A stretch of DNA of 64,000 nt from Acidimicrobiia bacterium (lineage in GTDB: Bacteria > Actinomycetota > Acidimicrobiia > Acidimicrobiales > Aldehydirespiratoraceae): positions 4,962 through 68,961 of the forward strand of contig JAUIML010000001.1 of NCBI GenBank assembly GCA_030432715.1, in the 5' to 3' direction. The position numbers and the translations under genes were made by a program. Positions within the stretch are counted from its first letter, which is position 1. Each line of letters opens with the position of its first letter. This document shows, piece after piece, positions 31,275 to 39,968 of the stretch. The notes under the pieces were generated by a model. The model made no database searches. It saw nothing but the letters and a program-made list of their open reading frames with translations, and was not told the origin of the DNA.

Positions 31275-33154
31275 CAGCCGACCTCCCCGTCGGGGGTCTC
31301 GCCGGGTTCGTGGCCGGGTTCTGGCCCGGGTTCTTCCAGGTGCTCGAGCAGCTCCTGGTAGCGGGGCTCGCTGCGCATCAACTCCTCGTGGGTGCCGGTG
31401 GCCGCGACGACACCGGCATCGAGGAAGACGACCCGGTCGGCCAGGGCGATGGTCGACAGACGATGGGCGATGACGATGACCGTCCGGTCGGCGGTGGCCT
31501 CACGGAGGCCGGCGTGGATCTTCTCCTCGACGCGGACGTCGATGGCGCTCGTCGCGTCGTCGAGCACCAGCACCTGGGGGTCGTGCAGGAGCGCCCGGGC
31601 CAGCGAGATGCGCTGGCGCTGCCCACCCGAGAGCGTGTAGCCCCGCTCCCCCACCACTTCGTCGAACCCGTCGTCGAGGTCCTCGATGAACTCGATGGCC
31701 TGCGCGGCCTGTGCCGCGGCGCGGACCCGCTCGTCGGACGCGGTCGGGTCGGCGAAGGCGATGTTGTCCCGAATGCTCATCGAGAAGAGGAAGGGGTCGT
31801 CGAGAGCGACCCCGACCGTGTTGCGCAGGCTCTCCAGGGTGGCGTCGCGGATGTCGACCCCGTCGATCTCGATCGCCCCCGACCGCACGTCGTAGAAGCG
31901 CGGGAGAAGACGGGCGACCGTCGACTTGCCCGATGCGGTCTCACCCACCAGGGCCACCGTCTCGCCGGGGGCGATGTCGAGCGTGAAGCCCCGCAGCACG
32001 TCGGCGTCGCCGCCGTAGCCGAACCGCACATCACGGAAGGCGACCGCGCCCCGGAGGCCGCCGCGTTCGCCATCGGCGTCGCCGCTACGGGAGCCCCCAG
32101 CGAGGAGGTCGACGGCATCGGGGCGTTCGACGATGGTCTCGGGCTCGTCGAACACCTCGTAGACCCGCATGGCCGACGCCTTCGCCCGCTGCGCCATCTG
32201 CACGAGGTGCCCGATGAACCGGAACGGCACCTGGACCATCACCACATAAGAGCTGAACGCCACCAGGGCACCGATGCCCAGGGTGCCGTCCTCGACCAGC
32301 AGCCCGCCGTAGAGCAGCACGACGGCCAGACTCAAGCGGGGCAGATGCTCGAGCGCGGGGATGTAGCGGGCCGACACGTCGGCCCCCTTGACCATTGCCC
32401 ACCGGAGCTGATCGGCCACGCCGGCCATCCGGGCGACCTCGTGCTGCTCGCCTCCGAAGTTGCGCACGACGCGCACGCCCGCGATGTTCTCCTCCACGAG
32501 GGTGGCGACGTCGGCTTGACGTGCCATCACCAGCCACCAGGCCGGGAGCTGGGGGTGGCGGCTCCTGAGTCCGATGAAGGCCACGATCGGGATGGGGATG
32601 ATCGTGACCAATGTGAGCGGGATGCTCACCGACAACATGAGCGCGAGGGCGAAGAGCAGGCTGATCAGCGACAGCGTCATGAACGGCCCGAAGTTCAGGA
32701 ACATCTGCACCGCTCGGATGTCGCCGTTGGCCCGGGCCAGCAGCTGACCGGTCTCGGAGCGATCGTAGAAGTCGGCCGACATGCGTGAGAGGTGATCGAA
32801 GACGGCATGACGCATCGCCGTCTCGACCCGGAATCCCACGCGGAACATCGCCCGGCGGGCCGCGAAGCCGCTCACTGCGGTGACGACGGTCAGCGCAGCG
32901 AGTGCCCAGGCGTAGGGCGCGATCGAATCGGTCTGCTCGTCGAGCGCGTTGTCGATCGCCAGCATCAGAACGGCGGGGACGATCGTCCTCGCCGCCATGC
33001 CGATCATCGTGCCGACGATGGCGACCAGCAGGAGATAGCGGGTGGGCCGGACGACCGGCCACAGTCGTCGCAGCCATCCCTTCGACGCGTCGGGGTGAGG
33101 TCGTCCCTGGGGTTCGGGGAAGCGGGCGAGTTCGGACGTGGCGAGCGCAGTCAC
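31274..33154 (-). CDS. ABC exporter, fused permease/ATPase (MdlA-like)
   Basis: LVGETASGKSTV, LSGGQRQRISLARA, VLVLDDATSAID. The start is chosen at GTG 33154, which overlaps the marR stop (GTGA); ORF-track ATG 33190 is the alternative. Confidence 0.9.
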   Translation of the reverse strand: MTALATSELARFPEPQGRPHPDASKGWLRRLWPVVRPTRYLLLVAIVGTMIGMAARTIVPAVLMLAIDNALDEQTDSIAPYAWALAALTVVTAVSGFAARRAMFRVGFRVETAMRHAVFDHLSRMSADFYDRSETGQLLARANGDIRAVQMFLNFGPFMTLSLISLLFALALMLSVSIPLTLVTIIPIPIVAFIGLRSRHPQLPAWWLVMARQADVATLVEENIAGVRVVRNFGGEQHEVARMAGVADQLRWAMVKGADVSARYIPALEHLPRLSLAVVLLYGGLLVEDGTLGIGALVAFSSYVVMVQVPFRFIGHLVQMAQRAKASAMRVYEVFDEPETIVERPDAVDLLAGGSRSGDADGERGGLRGAVAFRDVRFGYGGDADVLRGFTLDIAPGETVALVGETASGKSTVARLLPRFYDVRSGAIEIDGVDIRDATLESLRNTVGVALDDPFLFSMSIRDNIAFADPTASDERVRAAAQAAQAIEFIEDLDDGFDEVVGERGYTLSGGQRQRISLARALLHDPQVLVLDDATSAIDVRVEEKIHAGLREATADRTVIVIAHRLSTIALADRVVFLDAGVVAATGTHEELMRSEPRYQELLEHLEEPGPEPGHEPGETPDGEVG

Positions 33155-33588
33155 CGCTCGCTCCGCTTGGCGTCCAGGGCATCGCGCCACAGATCGAGCG
33201 CGTCGACTGCCCGGCTCCGCTCGTCGGCGTCGAGACCGTCGACGAGCGACGTCATCGCCGCCTCGGCCGCCGCGTTGGCGGTGTCGAGGGCCCGCCCACC
33301 CGCTGCGGTGAGCTCGTGGTCGACCCGGCGTCGGTCATCGATGCTGCGGGTCCGGGCGACGAAGCCGTCTTCGACGAGGCCGTTCATCACGGTGGTGACC
33401 GTCGGCGGACGCACCGCGAGGAATCGGGCGAGCACACTGCTCGACGTGACGCCGGCCCGAACCAGGGACAGGGCCCGGAACTGCGAGCTGGTGAGACCCG
33501 TCTCGTTCACCGCGATCTCGATCGCCCTGCTCAGCGCGATCACCGTGAGCGCGTGCCCGCGATCGGTCGCCATTCCCTTAGCCCCCAT
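33151..33588 (-). CDS. MarR-family transcriptional regulator
   Basis: 145 aa with a winged-HTH region LTSSQFRALSLVRAG...LARFLAVRPPTVTTVMNGLVEDGFV. An alternative start exists at 33573. Confidence 0.88.
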   Translation of the reverse strand: MGAKGMATDRGHALTVIALSRAIEIAVNETGLTSSQFRALSLVRAGVTSSSVLARFLAVRPPTVTTVMNGLVEDGFVARTRSIDDRRRVDHELTAAGGRALDTANAAAEAAMTSLVDGLDADERSRAVDALDLWRDALDAKRSER

Positions 33589-33602
33589 AACAATTAGCGT
33601 AG

Positions 33603-34790
33603 CTAACGTTCGGGCTCGACCAGAACTCGGTGGTACACGGCACGGACCGCGAGCGCCTCACGGATCTCCGCCGTCATCCCTTCGGCGTACTCCGATCGAT
33701 AGGTGTCGTCGGTGACGACCTGCACCGCGAACTGCAACCCCGACATCAACCCGATGAAGGCGGCGACGAGCACGAGCTGCCTCGTGAACACGAGTTCGGC
33801 TCCGAGGACCGACCAGGGCGAGCCCAAGTAGGTGTCGTTGCCGAGCGTCTCGTCGGTGAGGGTCGTCCACTGGAGCAGGGTGTCCTCGCGCACGGTGAGC
33901 AGCCCGAAGAGCAGATAGAAGCCGGTGATCACGAGCGCAACGAGCAGGATCTGGATCGCCTGCGACACGAAGAGCAGGAGGGCGACGTTCCATTCGGCGC
34001 GGCGGCCGAGGGCGGGGGCGTTGGGCGGCGCTTCGTCGTCGCCGGGCACCACGTCGACCACCGGCGTGTCGTCGCAGTAGGGCCGGACGTCGCTCCAGCG
34101 GGAGAAGCGGGCCAGGTCGACGGTGATGCGCCGCACCGACAGCATCACGAAGGCGGTGCCGATGGCGAGGACCACGCCGAGCACGCACAGGAAGTACGGC
34201 ATCTCGAAGTCGTTGGCGACCTGCCACATCTCGGCATTGAGGAAGATGAAGGCCGAGAAGATCAGCAGGATCGGCAGCGACTTCATGGCGAGGTTGGCGA
34301 TGTCGTTGATCTGGGCCCACACCTGACCCACCGACCAGCGCATCATCGGGATGATCCCCCAGGCCGTGAGCACGAAGCCGACGGTCAGGATCACCAGGTT
34401 GGCTCCGAGCACGTAGAGGAGGTTTTCGCTGCGGGCCCCCTCGGCCCCGATGGCGGTGGGGATCGAAGTGAGCACGAAGAACAGGAACAACTCCGGCGCC
34501 CCGACGGTGTCGGGCAGCATCCACGGCGGCCGGCCCCGCAGACGGTTGACGACCACGAAGGCGACGAGCATCAGCGCCACCCCACCGAGGAAGGCCAGCG
34601 CCTGACCGACTCCCGACCAGCGGTCACCGAAGACGAGGAAGAGCTCGAGGAAGACGACCAGCGACAGGAAGGGGAACATGCGCGACAGCACGTCTTCGCG
34701 GACCGAGTACTGATCGATCAGGTGGGGAAGCCCCTGGCGCACGAACCATCGCTCGGTCCGGTCGCGCTGTATCGCATCGGTCGTCGTCAT
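33603..34790 (-). CDS. Integral membrane protein of unknown function
   Basis: 395 aa with about 8 hydrophobic helices and GC3-rich codons. It ends 14 nt before marR. Confidence 0.7.
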   Translation of the reverse strand: MTTTDAIQRDRTERWFVRQGLPHLIDQYSVREDVLSRMFPFLSLVVFLELFLVFGDRWSGVGQALAFLGGVALMLVAFVVVNRLRGRPPWMLPDTVGAPELFLFFVLTSIPTAIGAEGARSENLLYVLGANLVILTVGFVLTAWGIIPMMRWSVGQVWAQINDIANLAMKSLPILLIFSAFIFLNAEMWQVANDFEMPYFLCVLGVVLAIGTAFVMLSVRRITVDLARFSRWSDVRPYCDDTPVVDVVPGDDEAPPNAPALGRRAEWNVALLLFVSQAIQILLVALVITGFYLLFGLLTVREDTLLQWTTLTDETLGNDTYLGSPWSVLGAELVFTRQLVLVAAFIGLMSGLQFAVQVVTDDTYRSEYAEGMTAEIREALAVRAVYHRVLVEPER

Positions 34791-34878
34791 CGGTCACCAG
34801 ACTGCCAGGCGCTCGCGCTGCGACTTCGCCAATGCCGACGATTCCTCCCGCCGGCCCCGTCGCCGGCCCCACTGACAA

Positions 34879-35121
34879 TCATGGCGGCACCAGTTCCCAT
34901 CCATCGGCTCCCTGCCGCAGCCGGTGACCACTGTCGTGGACCAGATGGTGGTGGTGCCGGCACAACAGGACCAGATTGTCGATGTCGGTGGGCACCCGCT
35001 TGACTCGTGCGTAGGTCGGCTCGACGGGCTTCGCAGTCGTGCGTCTACAGTCCGGACGTGCGCATTGCGCGAGGAAGCGGACGAGTACACGGGATGCTGC
35101 GACGGGGTTGTGCGTCGGCAG
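34879..35121 (-). pseudogene. C-terminal remnant of an HNH endonuclease (DUF222/13E12-type)
   Basis: A start-less minus-strand frame reads ...QCARPDCRRTTAKPVEPTYARVKRVPTDIDNLVLLCRHHHHLVHDSGHRLRQGADGWELVPP*. The NLVLLCRxHHxxVH core is intact. The upstream CxxH Zn/His part is decayed and the N-terminal domain is absent. Confidence 0.45.
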
Positions 35122-35639
35122 TCATCGCCGCGGTAGTGGCCGCTGGGTGTGCCGACGAGTTCCCCCGAGATGGGCCGAGCTGGACCGGCGCAAGCGAGCC
35201 GACCGAACTCCGGGAGCCTTGGACGACCGCACAGGGCGATGTCCTGGTGATTGAGGATGTCCCATTCGGGAATGGGTCGAGGTACTGCTCAAGCCTCGGT
35301 ACGGGCTACGGCGAAACGCAAGTTCCCCGCGTGTGCACCTCGCCGTTCTTCACCGCAGAGTCGATGTGGCCGGTCGCTGGAATCGTCTCGTTCCTCAACG
35401 CCAGTCAGTTCGAAGAGGGCCGCGCGTTGTTCATCGCGTTGGTGACCGAGCCGGGAGTTGCGGTCGAACTGCAGTGTGGCTCGGTCGAAGCCGAGTCCAG
35501 TCCCATCACGGGACCCAACACCCCGGACCTCAGCGTCGCTTTCGGTATTGCCGACACGAGCGAGTGTCCGAGCAGGCTCCTGTTCGCATTCCAGACAGAC
35601 TCCGAGTCGCAGACTGTCGGAACCACAGCCGGCTCCTGA
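35094..35639 (+). CDS. Hypothetical lipoprotein
   Basis: Lipobox signal MLRRGCASAVIAAVVAAGC. The local GC is slightly lower than the rest of the window. No recognisable family. Confidence 0.5.
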   Translation: MLRRGCASAVIAAVVAAGCADEFPRDGPSWTGASEPTELREPWTTAQGDVLVIEDVPFGNGSRYCSSLGTGYGETQVPRVCTSPFFTAESMWPVAGIVSFLNASQFEEGRALFIALVTEPGVAVELQCGSVEAESSPITGPNTPDLSVAFGIADTSECPSRLLFAFQTDSESQTVGTTAGS

Positions 35640-35824
35640 CATCGATTCCGCATGCGGACTTCGCACCCGCTCGACATGGGCGTGTGCGGGCTCGTCACTG
35701 AGGGAAGATTGGGAATGCAGTGGCGCCCGTGCTTGGGTGGGCCGCGCAACACGGCGGCAATTTCGTCGTGGAAGGTCCATGAAAGACCTCTGGTGACTCC
35801 GACGCTCACGAGCGAGCTGGCGGC

Positions 35825-37390
35825 TCAGTCCCAGAGCGCCGTCACCCACCACTGGCCCTGCTCGAGGGTGACGAGGCGAGCCTGCCCGTCGTCGGTGAGG
35901 ATCTGGAACCGAGCCCGACGGCGATGCTCGTCGGTGTCCCACCAGCGCTCGTCGACCGGCCACGGGCCGGCCCACCCCACGATCGGGAGTGACCGGCCCC
36001 GGATCCCGAGAGTCACCGGCGGTGCCGAGGCCAGGCCTCTCCCGGTGACGGTGACCATCGCCCCCTCGGCATCGGTGAGCTCGACGGCGTGGGGCTTCGC
36101 AGGAACCCGGCTCGGCGACGGTGCCGGCAACCGACCCGGCCACGGAGCGACCTCGTCGCCGTCGACGGGCAGATCGGCCGACCGGCCCCGGAGCTCGACC
36201 GTGGAGGCCGACACCAGCACGAGCTGTTCGTCGGGATGACGGCCGCCCCGCCGTTCGGGCACCTTCACCGCGTCGGCCCCGAGCTGACCCTGGAGACGGG
36301 CCGCGACCCGGGCGGCCCGTTCGTCGACCTCGGACTCGCCGCCCCAGAAGCCGAGCTGGCGGCCGGTGGCGGGCACGATCTCGTCGGGCAGCAGGGTGAC
36401 CCGGGAGATCCCGCCGCTCGGCCGGGTGGCGGCCGATCCGTTGAGCCAGCCGTCGAGTTGCCAGCGCACCCGATCGGCGATCGCTCCGGCCGACAGGGCA
36501 CCCTCGTGGCGCCAGAGCCGCAGGAGGGTCTCGCCGTGTTCGGTCTCGGCCTCGATGGCGATGCGCACACACGAGATGCCGTCGTGGTCGAGCCGCTGGT
36601 GGAGGTCGTCGGCCAGGGTGCGGGCCACGAAGGCCACCCGGTCGACCCGGTCGGCCGGCGGGTCGATCTCGGCGGAGACCGACCAGTCGGGTGACGCGAG
36701 ACGGGCATCGGGCGGCCGTTCGTCGAGTCCGGCGGCGAGACGGTGCGCGCCTCTCCCTTCGTTGCCGAACCGGGCCAGCACGTCGGCCGCGGGCAGCGCC
36801 GCGAACGACCCGAGGCTGCGGATCCCGAGGCGGACGAGCACGTCGGTGAGCTCGGGGCGATCGAGCACCGAGATCGACATCGGGGCGAGAAAGGCCGGGC
36901 TCTCCCCCGCCGCGACGATCCGGACCGGGTGCGCGGCCCGGGCCGCGAGGCCGGCCGCGAACGGTCCGTCGGCGATACCGACCCTGACCTCGGTGCGTCC
37001 GTCGAGCACCTCGCCCATGCGGTCCCGCACGAGATCGGCGACGGCCTCGTCGCCCCCGAAGTAGCGGGACGGCCCCCGCATGACGAGGGCACAGGTGCCC
37101 GGGCGGGTGACCTCGACCCTCGGAGTGATGTCGTCGAGGGTGGCGAGGACGGGCTCGAAGGTGCGGGCCTCCCGGGCCTCGTCGCGTTCGACCACGTCGA
37201 GTTCGGCACAGCGCGACTGGGCGACGCGGCGCCGCAGCCCTCGGGCCACACCGTGACGGCGGGCTTCGGGCGACGCGGCGATCACCCGGTTGGCGTGGAC
37301 GACCGCCACGGGTTCGTCGAGGCCTCGCCCGAACGCCACCACCGGCCAGTCGGGACACCAGGCGACCAGGGTGCGGACCGGTCCGCTCAT
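35825..37390 (-). CDS. imuB: ImuB (Y-family polymerase-like mutasome subunit)
   Basis: N-terminus MSGPVRTLVAWCPDWPVVA is typical of ImuB. The ATG overlaps the imuA' stop (ATGA). Confidence 0.88.
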   Translation of the reverse strand: MSGPVRTLVAWCPDWPVVAFGRGLDEPVAVVHANRVIAASPEARRHGVARGLRRRVAQSRCAELDVVERDEAREARTFEPVLATLDDITPRVEVTRPGTCALVMRGPSRYFGGDEAVADLVRDRMGEVLDGRTEVRVGIADGPFAAGLAARAAHPVRIVAAGESPAFLAPMSISVLDRPELTDVLVRLGIRSLGSFAALPAADVLARFGNEGRGAHRLAAGLDERPPDARLASPDWSVSAEIDPPADRVDRVAFVARTLADDLHQRLDHDGISCVRIAIEAETEHGETLLRLWRHEGALSAGAIADRVRWQLDGWLNGSAATRPSGGISRVTLLPDEIVPATGRQLGFWGGESEVDERAARVAARLQGQLGADAVKVPERRGGRHPDEQLVLVSASTVELRGRSADLPVDGDEVAPWPGRLPAPSPSRVPAKPHAVELTDAEGAMVTVTGRGLASAPPVTLGIRGRSLPIVGWAGPWPVDERWWDTDEHRRRARFQILTDDGQARLVTLEQGQWWVTALWD

Positions 37391-38103
37391 GCGAGCACGC
37401 GCAGGGCGGGGCGAACCTCCGATTCCCCCGCCGCCGGTTCGTCGAGCGCTGGTTCGCCGAGCACGACCGGGGCGCCCTGGGGGCCGGGCAGCAGCAGGGC
37501 CGCCCCTCGCGGCCGGGCGGCCGACCCACGACCCTGGGTCTCGACCCGGACCCGACGGGCCCGCAACAGGCCGTGGCCGGCACCGAGCCCGGTCCATTCC
37601 GATTCGACGATGCGCAGCCCGATGTCGACCCCCGGCTCGTCGAGCGCGCCGATACGGACCAGCGCCGACCCCCGCTCGCGCATGCGGGCGGTGAGACGCC
37701 GCACGTCGGCCGGGCGGATCCGTACACCCGGCCCGACCAGCACGACATCGACCGACCCGACGAGGGCCGCGATCACCCCGGCCACGTCCTGCCCCTTCGG
37801 GTCGACCACCAGCATGCGCTCGAGCACCACCCCGGCCTCGGCCGCCGCGGTGAGCCCCAGACCCGGATCGCCCACCACCGCCGTCCACGATCCCGACGCC
37901 GAAGGGCCGGCTGCCACCGCGAGCGCCAACGAGGTGGCTCCGACACCACCGACGGCCACGATCGACCCCCGCCGCAGGCCGCCTTCGGGGAACAACGACG
38001 TCAACGCCGGCAACAACGGCAGGGTGCGTTCCCGGGCCAGGGCCAAGGGCGCGACCTGGCCCGCGACGAGACGCAGGTCTCTGACTCGCTCCGCAGCTGC
38101 CAT
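37387..38103 (-). CDS. imuA': ImuA' (RecA-fold-like mutasome accessory protein)
   Basis: 238 aa, translationally coupled to imuB, with an SOS box 10 nt upstream of ATG 38103. The sequence contains GSIVAVGGVGATSLALAVAA. Confidence 0.75.
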   Translation of the reverse strand: MAAAERVRDLRLVAGQVAPLALARERTLPLLPALTSLFPEGGLRRGSIVAVGGVGATSLALAVAAGPSASGSWTAVVGDPGLGLTAAAEAGVVLERMLVVDPKGQDVAGVIAALVGSVDVVLVGPGVRIRPADVRRLTARMRERGSALVRIGALDEPGVDIGLRIVESEWTGLGAGHGLLRARRVRVETQGRGSAARPRGAALLLPGPQGAPVVLGEPALDEPAAGESEVRPALRVLA

Positions 38104-38113
38104 CCTGCGAGTA

Positions 38114-38128
38114 TCGAACACATGTTCG
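38114..38128. promoter_or_regulatory. LexA (SOS) box in the imuA' / small-ORF divergent region
   Basis: TCGAACACATGTTCG, a near-perfect match to actinobacterial TCGAAC-N4-GTTCGA. Confidence 0.75.
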
Positions 38129-38179
38129 CTTTCCGCAAGAGGGGAATGCCGCCGCCTCCGGCGTGGTTCACTGACCCGT

Positions 38180-38488
38180 ATGCAACTCGAACTCACCGAC
38201 CGCGCCGCTGCCGTGATCAGGCGCAAGGGCGGCACCGCCGTGGTCGACCTGCTCGAACCATTCGGTTGAGGCAAGAAGTTCGAGGTATCAGTTGATACCA
38301 GGACCAAAGGCAGGCGGCTCGATGGCTACACCGTCCGCCGCATCGACGGGCACGAGGTCCTGCTCGACCCCGACCTGCTCCGCCTGCCGATCGAACTGAC
38401 GATCACCAGCGGCGGCATCTTCGGCCGCGGCCTCAGCGCCACCGCCGACGGCCTCAACGGCGCCGCATGCCCGATCGAGCTGCTCTGA
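38180..38488 (+). CDS. Candidate small selenoprotein (in-frame TGA at 38267-38269 read as Sec), 102 aa
   Basis: MQLELTDRAAAVIRRKGGTAVVDLLEPFG-[TGA]-GKKFEVSVDTRTKGRRLDGYTVRRIDGHEVLLDPDLLRLPIELTITSGGIFGRGLSATADGLNGAACPIELL*. The 72 codons after the TGA are in frame, GC3-rich and lack any ATG/GTG/TTG. A hairpin follows the TGA. Confidence 0.55.
38284..38299 (+). promoter_or_regulatory. SECIS-like RNA hairpin
   Basis: GGTATC-AGTT-GATACC, a perfect 6-bp stem with a 4-nt loop containing GU. The stem starts 14 nt and the loop 20 nt after the TGA. It is built from four consecutive rare A/T-ending codons (GTA TCA GTT GAT). Confidence 0.5.
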
Positions 38489-38543
38489 CCCAAACGCGAT
38501 GGGGGCCGTAGTCGATCATCGGCCGCGGGGTAGTGTCGGAGAT

Positions 38544-38723
38544 ATGGATCCGACGGAAACCATCCCCGTTGTCGAACCGGGGCGGGCGGCTGCGTTGGCC
38601 GCTGACGCGATCGCCGATCAGCCGTTGTCGCCCGCAGCGAGCGCTTCGCTCGCTCGGGCCATCGAGCGGCTGCCGGAAGCACTCACGGAGTCGGACAACG
38701 AAGCCCAGGCCACCGACAAGTGA
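38544..38723 (+). CDS. Hypothetical small acidic protein
   Basis: 59 aa with GGAGA directly upstream of the ATG and moderate GC3. No recognisable family. Confidence 0.3.
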   Translation: MDPTETIPVVEPGRAAALAADAIADQPLSPAASASLARAIERLPEALTESDNEAQATDK

Positions 38724-38852
38724 GCCAGCCGGTCCCGTTCCCGGACCCGCGAGTCATCCCGCTGGTCAGCAACCCAGCCGTTTCGCTGCGGAGGTCGACG
38801 ACAACAACCGGACCCGCGAGCATGGGCATGTGCAGGGACGGAGGAGGCGAAG

Positions 38853-39206
38853 ATGAGTGCCGATGAAGTCGACGAGTACCTGGCTCGACTCGACGAACCG
38901 AAGAGGTCGACGCTCGAGCGCCTCCGACAGTCCATCGCCGATGCGATCCCGGAGGCGGAACAGGGCCTCTCGTACGGCGTTCCGGTGTTCAGGATCGCCG
39001 GCAAGCCCGTTGCCGGCTTCTCTGCTGCGAGGGACTGGCTCAGCTATCTGCCCCACAGCGGCGCGATTCTCGGCACGATGTCGGACGAGGATCTTGACGG
39101 GCTCTCGGCGTCGAAGGGAGCGCTCAGGTTCTCGATCGACCAGCCACCGCCCGAATCACTCATCCGCCGATTGATAGACGCTCGACGCGCCGAAGCGAGC
39201 GTCTGA
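38853..39206 (+). CDS. DUF1801 (YdhG-like) domain protein
   Basis: VDEYLARLDEPKRSTLERLRQSIADAIPEAEQGLSYGVPVF pattern. GGAGGAGG Shine-Dalgarno upstream. Confidence 0.75.
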   Translation: MSADEVDEYLARLDEPKRSTLERLRQSIADAIPEAEQGLSYGVPVFRIAGKPVAGFSAARDWLSYLPHSGAILGTMSDEDLDGLSASKGALRFSIDQPPPESLIRRLIDARRAEASV

Positions 39207-39238
39207 GCGACTGGGCGACTGTTCGGTACGGTGCGGAG

Positions 39239-39889
39239 GTGGCGGACTCTCGGCCCGAGACGAAGGTGCGCGAGAGCTACGACCGAGCGTCGCAGCGGTA
39301 CTTCGCTCATGTGCGAAACGAGCTGCAGCACGTTTTGGTCGATCGGGCGAGCCTTCGGCTGTTCGCCGAGTTGGTCGGAGACGGGGCCGAAACGCTGGAT
39401 GCCGGGTGTGGACCGGGGCACATCGCCGCGTTCCTCGCCGGCCACGGCCTGAAGGTCTCGGGTCTCGACATCTCGCCGGCGCAGATCGAGATCGCCGAGG
39501 CGTCGTTCCCCGACATCGCCTTCCGGGTCGGCGAGCTGGCCGACCTGCCGCTGGGCGACGCATCGGTCGATGCCGTCGTCGCTCGCCACTCGGTGATCCA
39601 CATCGAGCCGCAGCGCCTCGGGGAGGTGTTCGCCGAGTTCGCCCGAGTGCTCAGGAGCGGGGGCCGCCTCTTCGTCTCCTTCTTCGCCGCGGCCACGCCA
39701 TCCGACCACGGCCGCGGGTTCGACCATGCGGTCTGCACGGCGTACCAGCTCGACCCGAACGTGATCTCGGCACTGCTGGCCGAAGTCGGCCTCGAGGAGG
39801 AGATCCGACTTGTACGTCAGCCTGGTCCGGACGAACGTCGACTCCCCCACGCCACGCTGTTCTGCCGGCCCACCACCGTCGCCCGTTGA
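39239..39889 (+). CDS. Class I SAM-dependent methyltransferase
   Basis: Motif I TLDAGCGPGHIAAFLA and post-I LDISPAQIE. Confidence 0.85.
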   Translation: MADSRPETKVRESYDRASQRYFAHVRNELQHVLVDRASLRLFAELVGDGAETLDAGCGPGHIAAFLAGHGLKVSGLDISPAQIEIAEASFPDIAFRVGELADLPLGDASVDAVVARHSVIHIEPQRLGEVFAEFARVLRSGGRLFVSFFAAATPSDHGRGFDHAVCTAYQLDPNVISALLAEVGLEEEIRLVRQPGPDERRLPHATLFCRPTTVAR

Positions 39890-39968
39890 CGGCGGCGGGA
39901 CTCCGCGGCGGCTTTCACCGATCCTGGTCGGTCGTCAAGCAGGGCCGGTACCGTACTACCGTCCGGCC

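Noticed and set aside
36743-38269. 508-aa plus-strand ORF ending at the TGA of the selenoprotein candidate.
   Set aside because: Most of it is antisense to imuB/imuA' and is Arg/Pro-rich. Only the last 29 codons (from ATG 38180) look like real coding sequence.
38326-38682. 118-aa minus-strand ORF overlapping the candidate selenoprotein gene.
   Set aside because: Arg/Pro/Ser-rich shadow frame with no start context or motif. The plus-strand frame has the GC3 pattern.
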